Part shown: one piece after another, positions 18,573 to 28,673 of the stretch | Layout: every line of letters begins with the position of its first letter | Position numbering within the stretch: the first letter of the stretch is position 1 | Assembly: GCA_958296135.2 (NCBI GenBank) | Contig: CATQHZ020000001.1 | Span: 576,001 to 640,000, forward strand | Reading direction: 5' to 3' | From: an uncultured Poribacteria bacterium | Lineage (GTDB): Bacteria > Poribacteria > WGA-4E > WGA-3G | DNA: 64,000 bases | Program-made: the position numbers and the translations under genes | Notes under the pieces: model-generated | Told to the model about the DNA's origin: nothing | The model's input: the letters and a program-made list of their open reading frames with translations, nothing else | Database searches by the model: none

Positions 18573-20312
18573 ATGAAATTATCATACGCCCTATTGATTT
18601 TTATTTTCGCAATTACGCCCTATGCATCCGCCGCCGAAAATGGCACGCCCCCCTGGAGGCCGGCGGGAAAATACACGCATCCTGCTATCCGAGAGAGCTC
18701 TGGCATCGTCAAGAGCCGGCAGTTTGAGGCGGTCTACTGGACGCTCAACGACTCTGGCAATCCCGCTGCACTTTACGCCACCAAACGCAATGGCGAACTC
18801 ATCCAAGAAATCGCCGTGAAAGGGGCCCAGAACGTTGACTGGGAAGCCCTCGGCATTGATGATAAGGGCCAACTCTGGCTCGGCGAGATTGGGAATAACA
18901 GTTGGCTGCGCATCGATCTGAAGGTGGTTGTCGTGCAGGAACCGAATCCGTTTACCGAGAGCGAGGTGGAAGTCACGGCGAGTTATCCGTATCGGTATCC
19001 GGCAGAAAACGTGGACGCGGAGGGGCTGTTCATCGCCGATGGGGTGCCTTACATCGTCTCAAAGGAACTTGAGCGCGCGGTGCTTTACCGGTTTCCAGAG
19101 TTGCAAGCGGATAAGAAGCAGGTTTTGGAACGCGTCGGCGAATTTGCCGGTGCGAAGTGGGTCACGGGCGCGGGCTTATCCGCAGATGGCAAGCGGCTCG
19201 CTGTTTGCACCTACGATAGGCTTTGGGTATATCAGAGAAACCCGGCAACCAGTTTCGCGCAACTTATTCAGAACGTTCCGTGGGAGTTGCCTCACAATTT
19301 TAGCGGAGAAGCGGTCTGCTTTGAAGGTTATGATCTGGTTTTAACCAACGAAGCGCGCGACATCTACGCACTGCCGCAATCTTGGTATGAGGCAGGTTGG
19401 GAATTGCCGCCGAACGATACGGTGCCGGTAACAACAGGCGGCGACATCACACTTCACGTAGAGAGTTACAGAGAGGCAGGTATTGCCATCGACGGGCAGC
19501 ATGTCGTTTTGAAGTCTGCATCGACAGATACCTTACCTTTTTCAATTGAGGCTCCGCACAAAAACGTGTATGAAATCAGCACGATTTTAACCCGAGGCCC
19601 GGAATACGGCATCGTCAAATTAGCAGTCAACGGCACGGTTGTCGGCGAACCTTACGATTGCTATCATCGCACGCCTCTTGCAGGCACGTTCGTGACATTC
19701 GGCACGGTGGTGTTGAACGCTGGCACAAATCACATCACGTTAAAAAGCGTTGGAAAGGCGACAGATAAAATCGCGGTTGATTCGTATTACATCCGTCATC
19801 ATTCTCCTTTCGTAAAGCGTTATCTCGTCCTAGGTCCGTTTCCGAAGGCAGCTGTCAACAGCATCGCCGAACCGCTTCCGCCAGAGAGCGAGGTAGGCAC
19901 CCCACTTTTTGTAACGTCAAAGCGCGCTTACCAAGGCATCGACGGCAAAACGATTCACTGGCAAGCGGCGGAAGCAGAGGCAAGCGGCGTGTTGGATCTA
20001 CTCAAGTACCTCGGTAACGCACCGATTGCGGTAGGGTATGCGCTGTGCTACGTCTACGCGCCGAAGGATATGGAGACGGTGCTATTGCTCGGCAGCGATG
20101 ACCAGGTTGCGGTGTGGTTAAATGGCGCAGAAATCCATCGACTTGATGCCAATCGCCCCGCGGTTCCCGATGAAGACGCTGTCCCTTGCCAATTGAAAGC
20201 GGGTTGGAACGAGGTTTTGTGCAAAATCGGGCAGAACGGTTGGGGATGGGGGTTGTATCTGCGGTGGACAGATGCGGCGGCAGTCCTCAAGTATGGGACA
20301 TCTCGCCAGTAG
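18573..20312 (+). CDS. Secreted beta-propeller protein with C-terminal carbohydrate-binding/PA14-like domains
   Basis: Signal peptide; ESSG..WTLNDSG..DWEA..GEIGNN..DAEGL; C-terminal LLGSDDQVAVWLNG..LKAGWNEVLCK. Confidence 0.8.
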   Translation: MKLSYALLIFIFAITPYASAAENGTPPWRPAGKYTHPAIRESSGIVKSRQFEAVYWTLNDSGNPAALYATKRNGELIQEIAVKGAQNVDWEALGIDDKGQLWLGEIGNNSWLRIDLKVVVVQEPNPFTESEVEVTASYPYRYPAENVDAEGLFIADGVPYIVSKELERAVLYRFPELQADKKQVLERVGEFAGAKWVTGAGLSADGKRLAVCTYDRLWVYQRNPATSFAQLIQNVPWELPHNFSGEAVCFEGYDLVLTNEARDIYALPQSWYEAGWELPPNDTVPVTTGGDITLHVESYREAGIAIDGQHVVLKSASTDTLPFSIEAPHKNVYEISTILTRGPEYGIVKLAVNGTVVGEPYDCYHRTPLAGTFVTFGTVVLNAGTNHITLKSVGKATDKIAVDSYYIRHHSPFVKRYLVLGPFPKAAVNSIAEPLPPESEVGTPLFVTSKRAYQGIDGKTIHWQAAEAEASGVLDLLKYLGNAPIAVGYALCYVYAPKDMETVLLLGSDDQVAVWLNGAEIHRLDANRPAVPDEDAVPCQLKAGWNEVLCKIGQNGWGWGLYLRWTDAAAVLKYGTSRQ

Positions 20313-20380
20313 GAGAGACCTCGGGGCTCGATGGGAGTTGTATCTGCTCGCCAGTAGGAGAGCCCTCCCGCGTCTCGATT
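20308..20380. repeat. Tandem GTAG-REP pair; the first copy supplies the TAG stop of the upstream gene
   Basis: ctcgccagtaggagag occurs twice. Confidence 0.75.
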
Positions 20381-20437
20381 TGAAGCTTGGGTTTCCAAGC
20401 GAGCCCGAACACGGTGAGAGCTCCTGACACCCCACGT

Positions 20438-21208
20438 TCAAACCGGCGCATACACATCCAACAGCCTTCTCAACACCTCTGCCTTTACCAAAATCTCATC
20501 GCTTTCAAAATTCCGTATCTCAAACAAGCGCGGCACCTGTTGATAGAGTTCTGGCAAACCTAAAATTTCGACAATCTGCTCTTGCACCCATTTGTCATAG
20601 GCGATAGGGTAGGCGCGCCGTGCAATGAAGAGTGCCTGCAAGAATTCACGGAAGGCATCGTAGAATCGGGTGAAGCACTGAAAATGGAGCCCCCGCGGCA
20701 CGTAAAGCGGAATATGCTCGAGGTTGTTGAGGCAATAGTCGCGTGCCATGGAGAGGCGTTGTTGGCGCAGCTGTTCATCGTAATAGGGCAGCCACTTCTC
20801 TCGGAGCGCGTCAAAATAGTCGCCGTTTTGATGCAACACGACGCTGTAAACGAGGTAATTCCCGATGACGAGTTCAAATTCATCGGGCCCGCCTGTCCAT
20901 CCGCGCGGCGTTGGCGCGAAGTGCCCATCGCTGAAATCTAAATCGACGTGCGTGTATTTTCCGACAGCGGCGAGTTCTTGAAAGACAGGCGCGGTCGCGT
21001 AGAATTCTTCCCACGCCTTCTCAAGGTTCGCCGTTTCGGTCCGCCCTAGCACCAGCATATCAAGGCAGCTGTCGCGGCTGGCCTTGCCGCGGGCACAGGA
21101 ACAGGTGAGGCAGATGGTGTCAACTTCGGGGAGCGGCGCGAAGAAGTCAACGATGGCTTCAGCGGCGTTTTGATGTTCAATTGTTGGGTAGCTTGCTTGT
21201 GAATTCAT
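20438..21208 (-). CDS. Nucleotidyltransferase-domain protein
   Basis: Degenerate NTase motif SCARGKASRDSCLDMLV; helical C-terminus; upstream ORF extension is REP DNA. Confidence 0.7.
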   Translation of the reverse strand: MNSQASYPTIEHQNAAEAIVDFFAPLPEVDTICLTCSCARGKASRDSCLDMLVLGRTETANLEKAWEEFYATAPVFQELAAVGKYTHVDLDFSDGHFAPTPRGWTGGPDEFELVIGNYLVYSVVLHQNGDYFDALREKWLPYYDEQLRQQRLSMARDYCLNNLEHIPLYVPRGLHFQCFTRFYDAFREFLQALFIARRAYPIAYDKWVQEQIVEILGLPELYQQVPRLFEIRNFESDEILVKAEVLRRLLDVYAPV

Positions 21209-21395
21209 ATCCCTGGAACGTAGCGCGGGAGCCTGTCCCCCGCGAGCGATGCCCGGCGAGGGAGTAGGGCAGCGTGCTTTTGCCGCTGTCGCACTCCTTA
21301 TGCGAGGCAACGGATTGCGATAGATTTAAGGCGTAACCAACGCACGCTGTTTTTCCTATCGGCGTACCGGCCCTCGCCCTACGGAGAGGCATCGG

Positions 21396-24137
21396 TTAAG
21401 GTTCATAACTATTCGTGTGTTCGTGAATCGGTTGCCGTTCGCGGTTGGCGTTGGCATCGGCGCGGCGCGGGGCACCGGTAATCGCATCGACAGATTCATC
21501 TGCCTTGAACCGCAGATACAATTTCTGTGACTTCGCCGCCATTGATGGATTCTTCAAGGCGCGATAACACCGCATCATGTTGTAATGCGCATCTAAATCT
21601 TCCGCATCTACTTCAAGCGTTTTCTGAAACGCCGCTAAGGCGGTTTCATAGTCGCGTTTGAGGAAATGCATCCGTCCCAATTGATTCCGAACACGGGTAT
21701 CGCGTGGGAATTGTGCGACGGCGCGTTGCAGATGTTCAATCGCCGTGTCATAGTTCCCGTAAGTTTCTTGGATGAGCGCGTAAAAGTAGTGAACCTTCGC
21801 GCGATGCAGGTTTTCCGGCGGCAACGTCTGCTGAATCTCAAACGCCTTGTTGAGCATCGCTTCGGCACCTTGCATGTCGCCTTCCTCAATGCGGCAGCGC
21901 GCGACGTTTACCCACCCATCGAGATAGGTGGGTTCTATTTCGGTAACTTTTAGGAAGGTGGTTTCGGCTGCCTTCAGATCGCCTTGGAGGAGGAGTCCGA
22001 TGCCGTAGTCGTTCCATCTTTCACGGGCATTTTCAGCGGTAGGCGAGCCCTCCCGGTCTCGATTTTTTCCTACATCGGGACCAGAGAGCCCGCCTACTGG
22101 AACATCGGGACTAGAGAGCCCGCCTACTGCAAGCGTTGCCGTAATGGATGCCATCACCGTAATCGGGAGATTCGGAATCGCCTTGATTTTGCCGGCGACA
22201 TCCGAGGTATCGCCTGTCCATACCCACCTGCCATTGTCGTAACCTTTATCTACCTGAAAATCGGTATCCTCCGGGTCGCGTACGCCGGCATAAGCCCACT
22301 GTGTATGCCACCAGTTGAATTTGCGATAGTTCAACTTTGCCGTGAGGGTGAGCGTGTCGCCGCAGTCGGGTGGGATTTCTAGCCGATAACGGACAGTATC
22401 GGCGGCACCCGGCGGAATGGTGTGGCTGTAAAGCACTGTCCGCATTGCCCATGCATTCCGTTTGTTAATGCGGTTTCCGTGCGCGTCAAGCATATAACTG
22501 TGATAGAAATGCGCGCCGGCATCGACAGGGCCGTTTCCATCGGGCGCGGCGATATGTCCATTCCAGAAAATCACCTTGCCGTTCTCATCGGTGGCTTTCA
22601 CCTCCAGCCAGATGTCAAAGGCATCAATGGTGCCAGCCGGGAAGGGATGCCCGACATTTCGGGTGCGAACGACGACATCGATGCGCGGATTTTCGCCGCG
22701 CGTGACTTGAAATCCCTCGAGCGGCATCGGCATTCCATCGGCGAATAGAGCCAACGTGACTACATCATCCTGCAAAAATTCTGTCACGGTTCTGAGTTGT
22801 TCTTCGTGCTGATTGACGAAGGGGAGTGCTGTGTTTGCCGCTGGGAAACGGTGACTATGCACTTTTCCATCAATATTCGCTGCATCTGTGGAAGCAACCA
22901 ACGGCATGTGGCAATCCACGCACTTCTTCGCCGTTTCGGGATAGTAGAAGGACAGCGCGCCTTGGTGTGACACGCCGCTCTTCTGCCAACCGTCGTAGTC
23001 GTTGAAGCCGCGCACCCATCGGAAATTGTTCACGGGTTCATCGAGGTGTGCCTTGTGGCAAGTCGAACAAAATTCCGCCGTGTTCTCGCGATGAAACGGC
23101 TTGAGGAAACTTTTCTTGTGCGGCTCCGGGTCGAGGCGGATGAGGTAGTTGTGCAGATTGCGCACGATGGGATTCTCGCTGGCGGCGATGTCGTGGAGCG
23201 GCGGATACTTGATGATATAGCCGCTGTTGCCCATCGTATCTTTGACCTTCTCAATGGAGTGGCATGCCGTGCAGGCGAGCCCAGCTTGCGCTGCGGGTGT
23301 ATGGAGGTTCTCCCGAATGGGTAAATCCATGACACCGTTGAGTAAGATGCCCGGGTCGTGGCATCCGCCGCACCACTTGGAAGGCTGAATGCCGTTCACT
23401 TCCTGCATATAGATAATCGATTTGCGATACCACTGGTTGTTGAAGGAGGAGAAGTGATGCGCTGATTCGTTCCACTGCTCGTAAATATCGGGGTGGCATC
23501 CTTTTGCAGCGCACGTCTCCGATGTGAGGAAGAAATCGGTAGGGATGAGATTGCCTGTCGCGGTTTCAACGGACGCGGGGAAAAAGTGTCCTGTCGTGCC
23601 GCCGCCCTCTTCATACATGCTTGTCGGCGGTAGCGCGGGGTTTTTGACGAGATAGTCCTCGTTGGGTAGATAGTGTTGCGCAACTTTCGCGCCTATGGGA
23701 AAGAGGAAAACGATGGCAAGCACTGCTAGGGTTGCGCGCTTAAAAAGCACGCCTACCGGCGCCTCTACCTCCGATTGTAAGGAGGGAGTTCCATATCTGT
23801 CTTTTAGCAGATGGATGGCAAACAGCAGCGCGCCGAACGTTACGGTGACGATATGGAAAATGAGCAGCCAGCGATAGGGGCGCGTCGCGCCGACTATCAT
23901 AAGATACCCACCGCTCAGGATGCCGAGGCCTAAACCGACGCTGCCGATTTGCCCCAACCTCGGGATGCGCCTGAAATACCGATAGACATAGATGCCGAAC
24001 GGAAGAATGAGGAGTATCCCGAGCCCGATGTGGAGCAGCACGTTAGCGATATAGAAGAGCGTCGGTTCGCCGAAGCTGAATAGGTACGCGCTGTTCAGCA
24101 GTAAAATGAGAAAGGCATAAAAAGAAAGTTTTCGCAT
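21396..24137 (-). CDS. Membrane-anchored multiheme cytochrome c with C-terminal TPRs
   Basis: N-terminal TMs; CAAKGCH, CGGCH, CTACH, CSTCH, CVDCH; TPR repeats. Confidence 0.88.
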   Translation of the reverse strand: MRKLSFYAFLILLLNSAYLFSFGEPTLFYIANVLLHIGLGILLILPFGIYVYRYFRRIPRLGQIGSVGLGLGILSGGYLMIVGATRPYRWLLIFHIVTVTFGALLFAIHLLKDRYGTPSLQSEVEAPVGVLFKRATLAVLAIVFLFPIGAKVAQHYLPNEDYLVKNPALPPTSMYEEGGGTTGHFFPASVETATGNLIPTDFFLTSETCAAKGCHPDIYEQWNESAHHFSSFNNQWYRKSIIYMQEVNGIQPSKWCGGCHDPGILLNGVMDLPIRENLHTPAAQAGLACTACHSIEKVKDTMGNSGYIIKYPPLHDIAASENPIVRNLHNYLIRLDPEPHKKSFLKPFHRENTAEFCSTCHKAHLDEPVNNFRWVRGFNDYDGWQKSGVSHQGALSFYYPETAKKCVDCHMPLVASTDAANIDGKVHSHRFPAANTALPFVNQHEEQLRTVTEFLQDDVVTLALFADGMPMPLEGFQVTRGENPRIDVVVRTRNVGHPFPAGTIDAFDIWLEVKATDENGKVIFWNGHIAAPDGNGPVDAGAHFYHSYMLDAHGNRINKRNAWAMRTVLYSHTIPPGAADTVRYRLEIPPDCGDTLTLTAKLNYRKFNWWHTQWAYAGVRDPEDTDFQVDKGYDNGRWVWTGDTSDVAGKIKAIPNLPITVMASITATLAVGGLSSPDVPVGGLSGPDVGKNRDREGSPTAENARERWNDYGIGLLLQGDLKAAETTFLKVTEIEPTYLDGWVNVARCRIEEGDMQGAEAMLNKAFEIQQTLPPENLHRAKVHYFYALIQETYGNYDTAIEHLQRAVAQFPRDTRVRNQLGRMHFLKRDYETALAAFQKTLEVDAEDLDAHYNMMRCYRALKNPSMAAKSQKLYLRFKADESVDAITGAPRRADANANRERQPIHEHTNSYEP
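22039..22127. repeat. Three GTAG-REP units inserted in frame within the cytochrome/TPR gene
   Basis: gtaggcgagccctcccggtctcgat and 2x atcgggacyagagagcccgcctac match intergenic REPs at 20350 and 34240. Confidence 0.8.
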
Positions 24138-24267
24138 GTTCAGGAATCATTTTGATAGGCGGAAACCATAGAAATCCGCCCTTACAGGCGGGAGCGATGC
24201 AGCATTGTATCCGTAGGCGCGCTTTGTTCGGGGAGCGCGGTTAAAAACCGCGACTACCGGGAACCCT

Positions 24268-25725
24268 TCAAAAGTACGTCTGCTCACCGGCGTAATGCCG
24301 TGCTGCTTTCGGACGCTCATCCACCTGCCACGGTAAATTGACCGGAAGGGCCCCCTCCTCAAAATAGGTATCCGTTATCTGCCAAAATTGCAGGCGTGGA
24401 TACCGCTGTCCGTTATGCTCAATTGCCTTTTCCGCTTCGGCGAGATTGCGCATGCCGCGGGTGATAGGATGCAACGTGATGAAAATCCCGATGGCGGCGT
24501 TTGCATCCTGCATGGCCGTGCGGAAGGCGCGCACCTGATTCAGATTCAGACTCCGCCCCGATTTTACCTCTGCAATCACGGGCAGTCTGGTTTCCGCGCC
24601 GTGTTTTTCCCACAGCACGACTTTCCCGGTGCCGTCAAACCCACCGTCGTTGCTATTCGGCGTTGGCGCGAGCCCCAATCGGGTGACGGCCCAGTTGGCG
24701 AAATCGTGCGGATTTTGCTCAGCGAGGAGGAGCGCGTCCTGATACGTTGTCGGGTAGCCTTCAATGTCGTAATCCACGTTGGGGACAAGCCCGTGACGTT
24801 CGCGAAGCCGCCGTTCCATCGGTTCCAAGGCCAGCACCGTCAGATCGATGCCTACCCAGTTGCGTTTCAGCCCGTGCGCGGCATCTAACGCCGTGCCGCA
24901 CCCACAAAACGGATCGAAGACGATGTCACCCGGATTGGAAGCGGCTTTGATGATGCGTTCCAAGAGCGCGAGCGGCTTTTGCGTCGGGTACCCGAGGCGT
25001 TCTTTGGACATGGAATTCAGAGAGGGCATGACAAGCACGTCGTCAGGCGTTTTCCCTCTTGGCATCTCTTTTCCTGATTGCCCACCCTTGGCGTATCGCC
25101 ACTCAGTCATGCCGCTCTCAAAAGGCGCGAGAATTTCATTGCGGTTGAAAATGTAATCCTTCGGCGATTTGCTATACCAGAGAATGACATCGTGCGCTTT
25201 GGCTAATTTCTGTTTGCCACGAGAAGCGTTCTTGTAATACCAGATAATTTCGTTCTGGAAGTTCGCCGCACCAAAGATAACGTCCAGCATGCATTTCAGA
25301 TAGTGACTGGCGTGCGCATCGCAGTGCAAATAGACGCTACCCTCCGGCCGCAGCAGCCGCCAAATCTCTGCCAAGCGCGGGGCCATGAAGGCGAGATAGG
25401 CGCGCATCGATTCTTCTGCTTTACCCCCCCCCCTTCTTAACCAATAGTTAAAACCTGATAAACAAGCTGATAGATTGTCCATCGTTTCAACGAGTTCGGG
25501 ATGCCGCCCATCGTAGTAAAGGACAGCGTCTTGATTTTGGCGCGCCGCGTCGTCCCATCGCCAGATGTCGTCAAATGCTTTGCGTTGCGCTTTGGAGCCG
25601 GCGAGGAAGATGTTGTAGTTGCGGCCGCTGTTGAAAGGCGGATCGAGATAGCAGGTATGGTAGCGTGCGGTTTGCATCTCGCGCATCACCTGGAGGTTAT
25701 CACCAAAATAGAGTGCGTTTTTCAT
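24268..25725 (-). CDS. DNA methyltransferase (beta class) with C-terminal Mrr-like endonuclease domain
   Basis: DPPF, GYPTQKP, DPFCGCGT; DGGFDG..EVKS; in-frame G10 tract at 25424-25433. Confidence 0.92.
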   Translation of the reverse strand: MKNALYFGDNLQVMREMQTARYHTCYLDPPFNSGRNYNIFLAGSKAQRKAFDDIWRWDDAARQNQDAVLYYDGRHPELVETMDNLSACLSGFNYWLRRGGGKAEESMRAYLAFMAPRLAEIWRLLRPEGSVYLHCDAHASHYLKCMLDVIFGAANFQNEIIWYYKNASRGKQKLAKAHDVILWYSKSPKDYIFNRNEILAPFESGMTEWRYAKGGQSGKEMPRGKTPDDVLVMPSLNSMSKERLGYPTQKPLALLERIIKAASNPGDIVFDPFCGCGTALDAAHGLKRNWVGIDLTVLALEPMERRLRERHGLVPNVDYDIEGYPTTYQDALLLAEQNPHDFANWAVTRLGLAPTPNSNDGGFDGTGKVVLWEKHGAETRLPVIAEVKSGRSLNLNQVRAFRTAMQDANAAIGIFITLHPITRGMRNLAEAEKAIEHNGQRYPRLQFWQITDTYFEEGALPVNLPWQVDERPKAARHYAGEQTYF

Positions 25726-25731
25726 GAATCT

Positions 25732-26517
25732 TTATCCTGCGGTGTATCCGCCATCGATGGGCAGGGCGATGCCTGTTACAAAAGCGGATTCGTCAGATGC
25801 GAGGTAGAGCGCGCCGTAGGCGATTTCCTCTGGTTTGCCGAGTCGCCGCATGGGATGCTTATCGGCGAGTTTCTGATATTCCGACGGCGTTTTGACAACA
25901 CCGGCCACTAACGGCGTTTCAACGAAGCCGGGGCAGATGCAGTTGACTCGGATGTTGTCTTTCGCGTAATCGAGTGCCATGCCGCGGGTGAGGTTGGTGA
26001 CACCGCCTTTGGAGGCGACATACGCTGCGCGGACATCCCCACCGACAATCCCGTAGATGGAGGACATGTTGATGATGGAGCCGCCGCCGTTCTTCTGCAT
26101 TTCGGGAATTGCGGCCTTGGCGCAGAGATACACCCCGGTCAGGTTGACGGCCAAACAGCGGTGCCAGTCTGCCTCTGCCAATTCGGCGACGGGGAGGCGC
26201 ATGGCAATCCCGGCGTTATTGAACAGAATGTCAAGTTTGCCGTAAGTCCGGACGGTTTCCTGAACTAGCCATTCGGTATCGCGTGCTATTGTGACATCGG
26301 TTGGGATGTCCATTGCTTCGCCGCCGAGGTTGCGGATTTCATCCACGGTCTGGTTGCCGCCGGTGCGATCGATGTCGGCGACGACGATGCTTGCGCCGTG
26401 TTGCGCGAAGAGGATAGCGGTGGCTTTTCCGATGCCGGATGCTGCGCCGGTGATGATGGCGATTTTGTTTTCGAGACGTGCGCTGTTGGAAACCGCGCCT
26501 ACCGGAGTGTATTGCAT
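25732..26517 (-). CDS. Short-chain dehydrogenase/reductase
   Basis: TGAASGIG, NNAG, YVASK, DGG. Confidence 0.95.
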   Translation of the reverse strand: MQYTPVGAVSNSARLENKIAIITGAASGIGKATAILFAQHGASIVVADIDRTGGNQTVDEIRNLGGEAMDIPTDVTIARDTEWLVQETVRTYGKLDILFNNAGIAMRLPVAELAEADWHRCLAVNLTGVYLCAKAAIPEMQKNGGGSIINMSSIYGIVGGDVRAAYVASKGGVTNLTRGMALDYAKDNIRVNCICPGFVETPLVAGVVKTPSEYQKLADKHPMRRLGKPEEIAYGALYLASDESAFVTGIALPIDGGYTAG

Positions 26518-26518
26518 C

Positions 26519-27427
26519 TTACGCTTTTTCCTTCCACGCTGCGGGGTTTACTTCCGGTTCGCCGATGCGGTTTCTCAGGGTGCCGATGTTCTCGATTTCC
26601 AATTCGATTACGTCGCCGGGTTGAATCCACCGGTCGAGCTCCCAGCCGCAGCCCTTACCGACGGTGCCGGAGCCGAGGAAATCACCCGGATAGAGCGTCT
26701 CAGACTGGGAGACGAAGGAGATCATCTCCTCAAACGTGTAATACATATCGGACGTATTTCCGTCCGCCCAGACTTCGCCGTTAACCCTGGCAATCATGCG
26801 GAGATTGTAAGGATTACCGATGTCATCAGGGGTGACGAGGCAAGGCCCCATGATGTTACTATTATCAAAATCTTTGCCTTTCGCGGGGCCGAGTGCGAGC
26901 GTCATGTGTCGGAATTGGATGTCGCGCGCGCTGATGTCGTTATAGATGGTATAGCCGGCGATGTAGTCGGGTGCCGCCTCCACGGAGATGTTTTTCCCGA
27001 TTTTGCCGATGTAGACACCCCACTCTAGTTCAAAATCGAGTTTCTCGGTGTAATTCGGCCAGGTGACGACTGCCTCATGCCCGGCGATGGAGGCGGGACT
27101 GGTGCTGCCGCGGTAATAGTTGGGCAGCTTGAACCATTCGGGTGAGATCTCCTTGCCGGTGATGCGTGCGGCGGCATCCATGTGCGTTTTGAATACGCCG
27201 AAATCCCGCAGGCTTGCCGGTTGCGGAAACGGCGCGAGGAGTTGCACGTCGGCGACAGGAATCCGGTCTGCCGTGCCAAGGCGGGCGCGCCTACCGAGGG
27301 CTGCGATGCGATTTTGGGCGAAGCCTTCGAGCATGCTAGCCGGTTCAAGTGCCACAATGTTATCACCATCAATCCACGCGCCGAGGCGGGGGTTTGTATT
27401 GGGTGTTTTGAACGTAACAAGTTTCAT
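26519..27427 (-). CDS. Fumarylacetoacetate hydrolase family protein
   Basis: LDFELE, NDISARD, KGKDFD, GPCLVTPD, GSGT. Confidence 0.93.
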   Translation of the reverse strand: MKLVTFKTPNTNPRLGAWIDGDNIVALEPASMLEGFAQNRIAALGRRARLGTADRIPVADVQLLAPFPQPASLRDFGVFKTHMDAAARITGKEISPEWFKLPNYYRGSTSPASIAGHEAVVTWPNYTEKLDFELEWGVYIGKIGKNISVEAAPDYIAGYTIYNDISARDIQFRHMTLALGPAKGKDFDNSNIMGPCLVTPDDIGNPYNLRMIARVNGEVWADGNTSDMYYTFEEMISFVSQSETLYPGDFLGSGTVGKGCGWELDRWIQPGDVIELEIENIGTLRNRIGEPEVNPAAWKEKA

Positions 27428-27548
27428 TTTTGTTATTCCTGTGTGTCTGGGTATGGGCGCATTGTCGTGTCAGAAGGAAGCGGGACAGGCCCCACAAATA
27501 TGCATTGGTAATTTTATACCATAGGTGCGTTTAGAAGTCAAATTGGAG

Positions 27549-27583
27549 CAGGACTTCCAGGACTAACAGGACTAACAGGATTA
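27549..27583. repeat. Short 9-bp tandem repeat (caggactaa-like, about 4 copies)
   Basis: caggacttc caggactaa caggactaa caggattag. Confidence 0.7.
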
Positions 27584-27633
27584 GGGACACTGGCTCGCTG
27601 AAAGTTGCCTGTTGCTGCTGCGAATTCTGTTTT

Positions 27634-28566
27634 TTATTTCGTTAACGAGAGGAACACCTCTTCTAATGTCATCTCGATGGTGCGCATTTCGAGCAGCTGC
27701 CACCCACGCGCGACGATAGTTTCGGCTACGACTGCCCGGATGTCTGTCTCACTAGCGGCGTGAATATGGAACGTCTCCGCGTCAACTTGCTCAGCGGTAG
27801 TTACGTCAGGAATATCCCTCAAAGTTGCCAAAACTTTATCGGCTGCGGCCCCGGCTATTTCAAGCCGAATGATTTTTTTAGAGGTGTCGTCTCCTTCCAG
27901 AGCAACTGCGCGGCCATCGGATAATGGCACATCGCCGGTGATCTGGCCACGACTGATGATGAGCAGCCGTTCGCACGTTAGGCTCGCCTCGGAGAGGATG
28001 TGCGTGCTGAAAAGGATTGTCCGTTCTCTGCCGAGTGACTTGATCAACTGGCGGATTTCGACGATTTGCCGCGGGTCCAAGCCAGATGTAGGTTCATCGA
28101 GAATTAAGACATCGGGATTGTGGATGAGTGCCTGTGCTAAACCGACGCGCTGCCGATAACCGCGCGAGAGTTGTCCGATAATTTGATGCCGCCGTTCGGT
28201 TAACCCACATGCCTCCACTGCGCTATTTAACCGCTCCTTCCGCTGCCGAGCCTGCACCCCGCGGATTTTCGCCATGTAGGTGAGATATTTAGACACCGTC
28301 ATTTCCGGGTAAAGCGGCACGTTCTCCGGCAGATATCCGATGCGTTTGCGCACCTCTCGCGACTGCTTGAAAACGTCGTAACTTGCGATGGTGACGTGCC
28401 CGCTACTGGCAGGCATGAAGCAGGTGAGGATGCGCATTGTCGTCGTCTTCCCCGCGCCGTTCGGGCCGAGAAACCCGACGACTTGTCCCTTGTCTACCCG
28501 AAACGAGATGTTTTTGAGTGCTTGAAAGGGCCCGTAGTTCTTGCTGAGGTTTTGGACTTCTATCAT
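27634..28566 (-). CDS. ABC-2 type transporter ATP-binding protein (GldA-like)
   Basis: GPNGAGKTT, LSRGYRQR, LILDEPTSGLDP, STH. Confidence 0.93.
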   Translation of the reverse strand: MIEVQNLSKNYGPFQALKNISFRVDKGQVVGFLGPNGAGKTTTMRILTCFMPASSGHVTIASYDVFKQSREVRKRIGYLPENVPLYPEMTVSKYLTYMAKIRGVQARQRKERLNSAVEACGLTERRHQIIGQLSRGYRQRVGLAQALIHNPDVLILDEPTSGLDPRQIVEIRQLIKSLGRERTILFSTHILSEASLTCERLLIISRGQITGDVPLSDGRAVALEGDDTSKKIIRLEIAGAAADKVLATLRDIPDVTTAEQVDAETFHIHAASETDIRAVVAETIVARGWQLLEMRTIEMTLEEVFLSLTK

Positions 28567-28673
28567 ATTTTTGGTTGTTTGCGAGGCGTTGGTTTGAAAC
28601 ATCGCGAGGGGCACCCTCGGCGATTCGTGCTCGCCGGGTTTTCCCTCGCGCTACGTTCAAACTTTTGTTTCTA

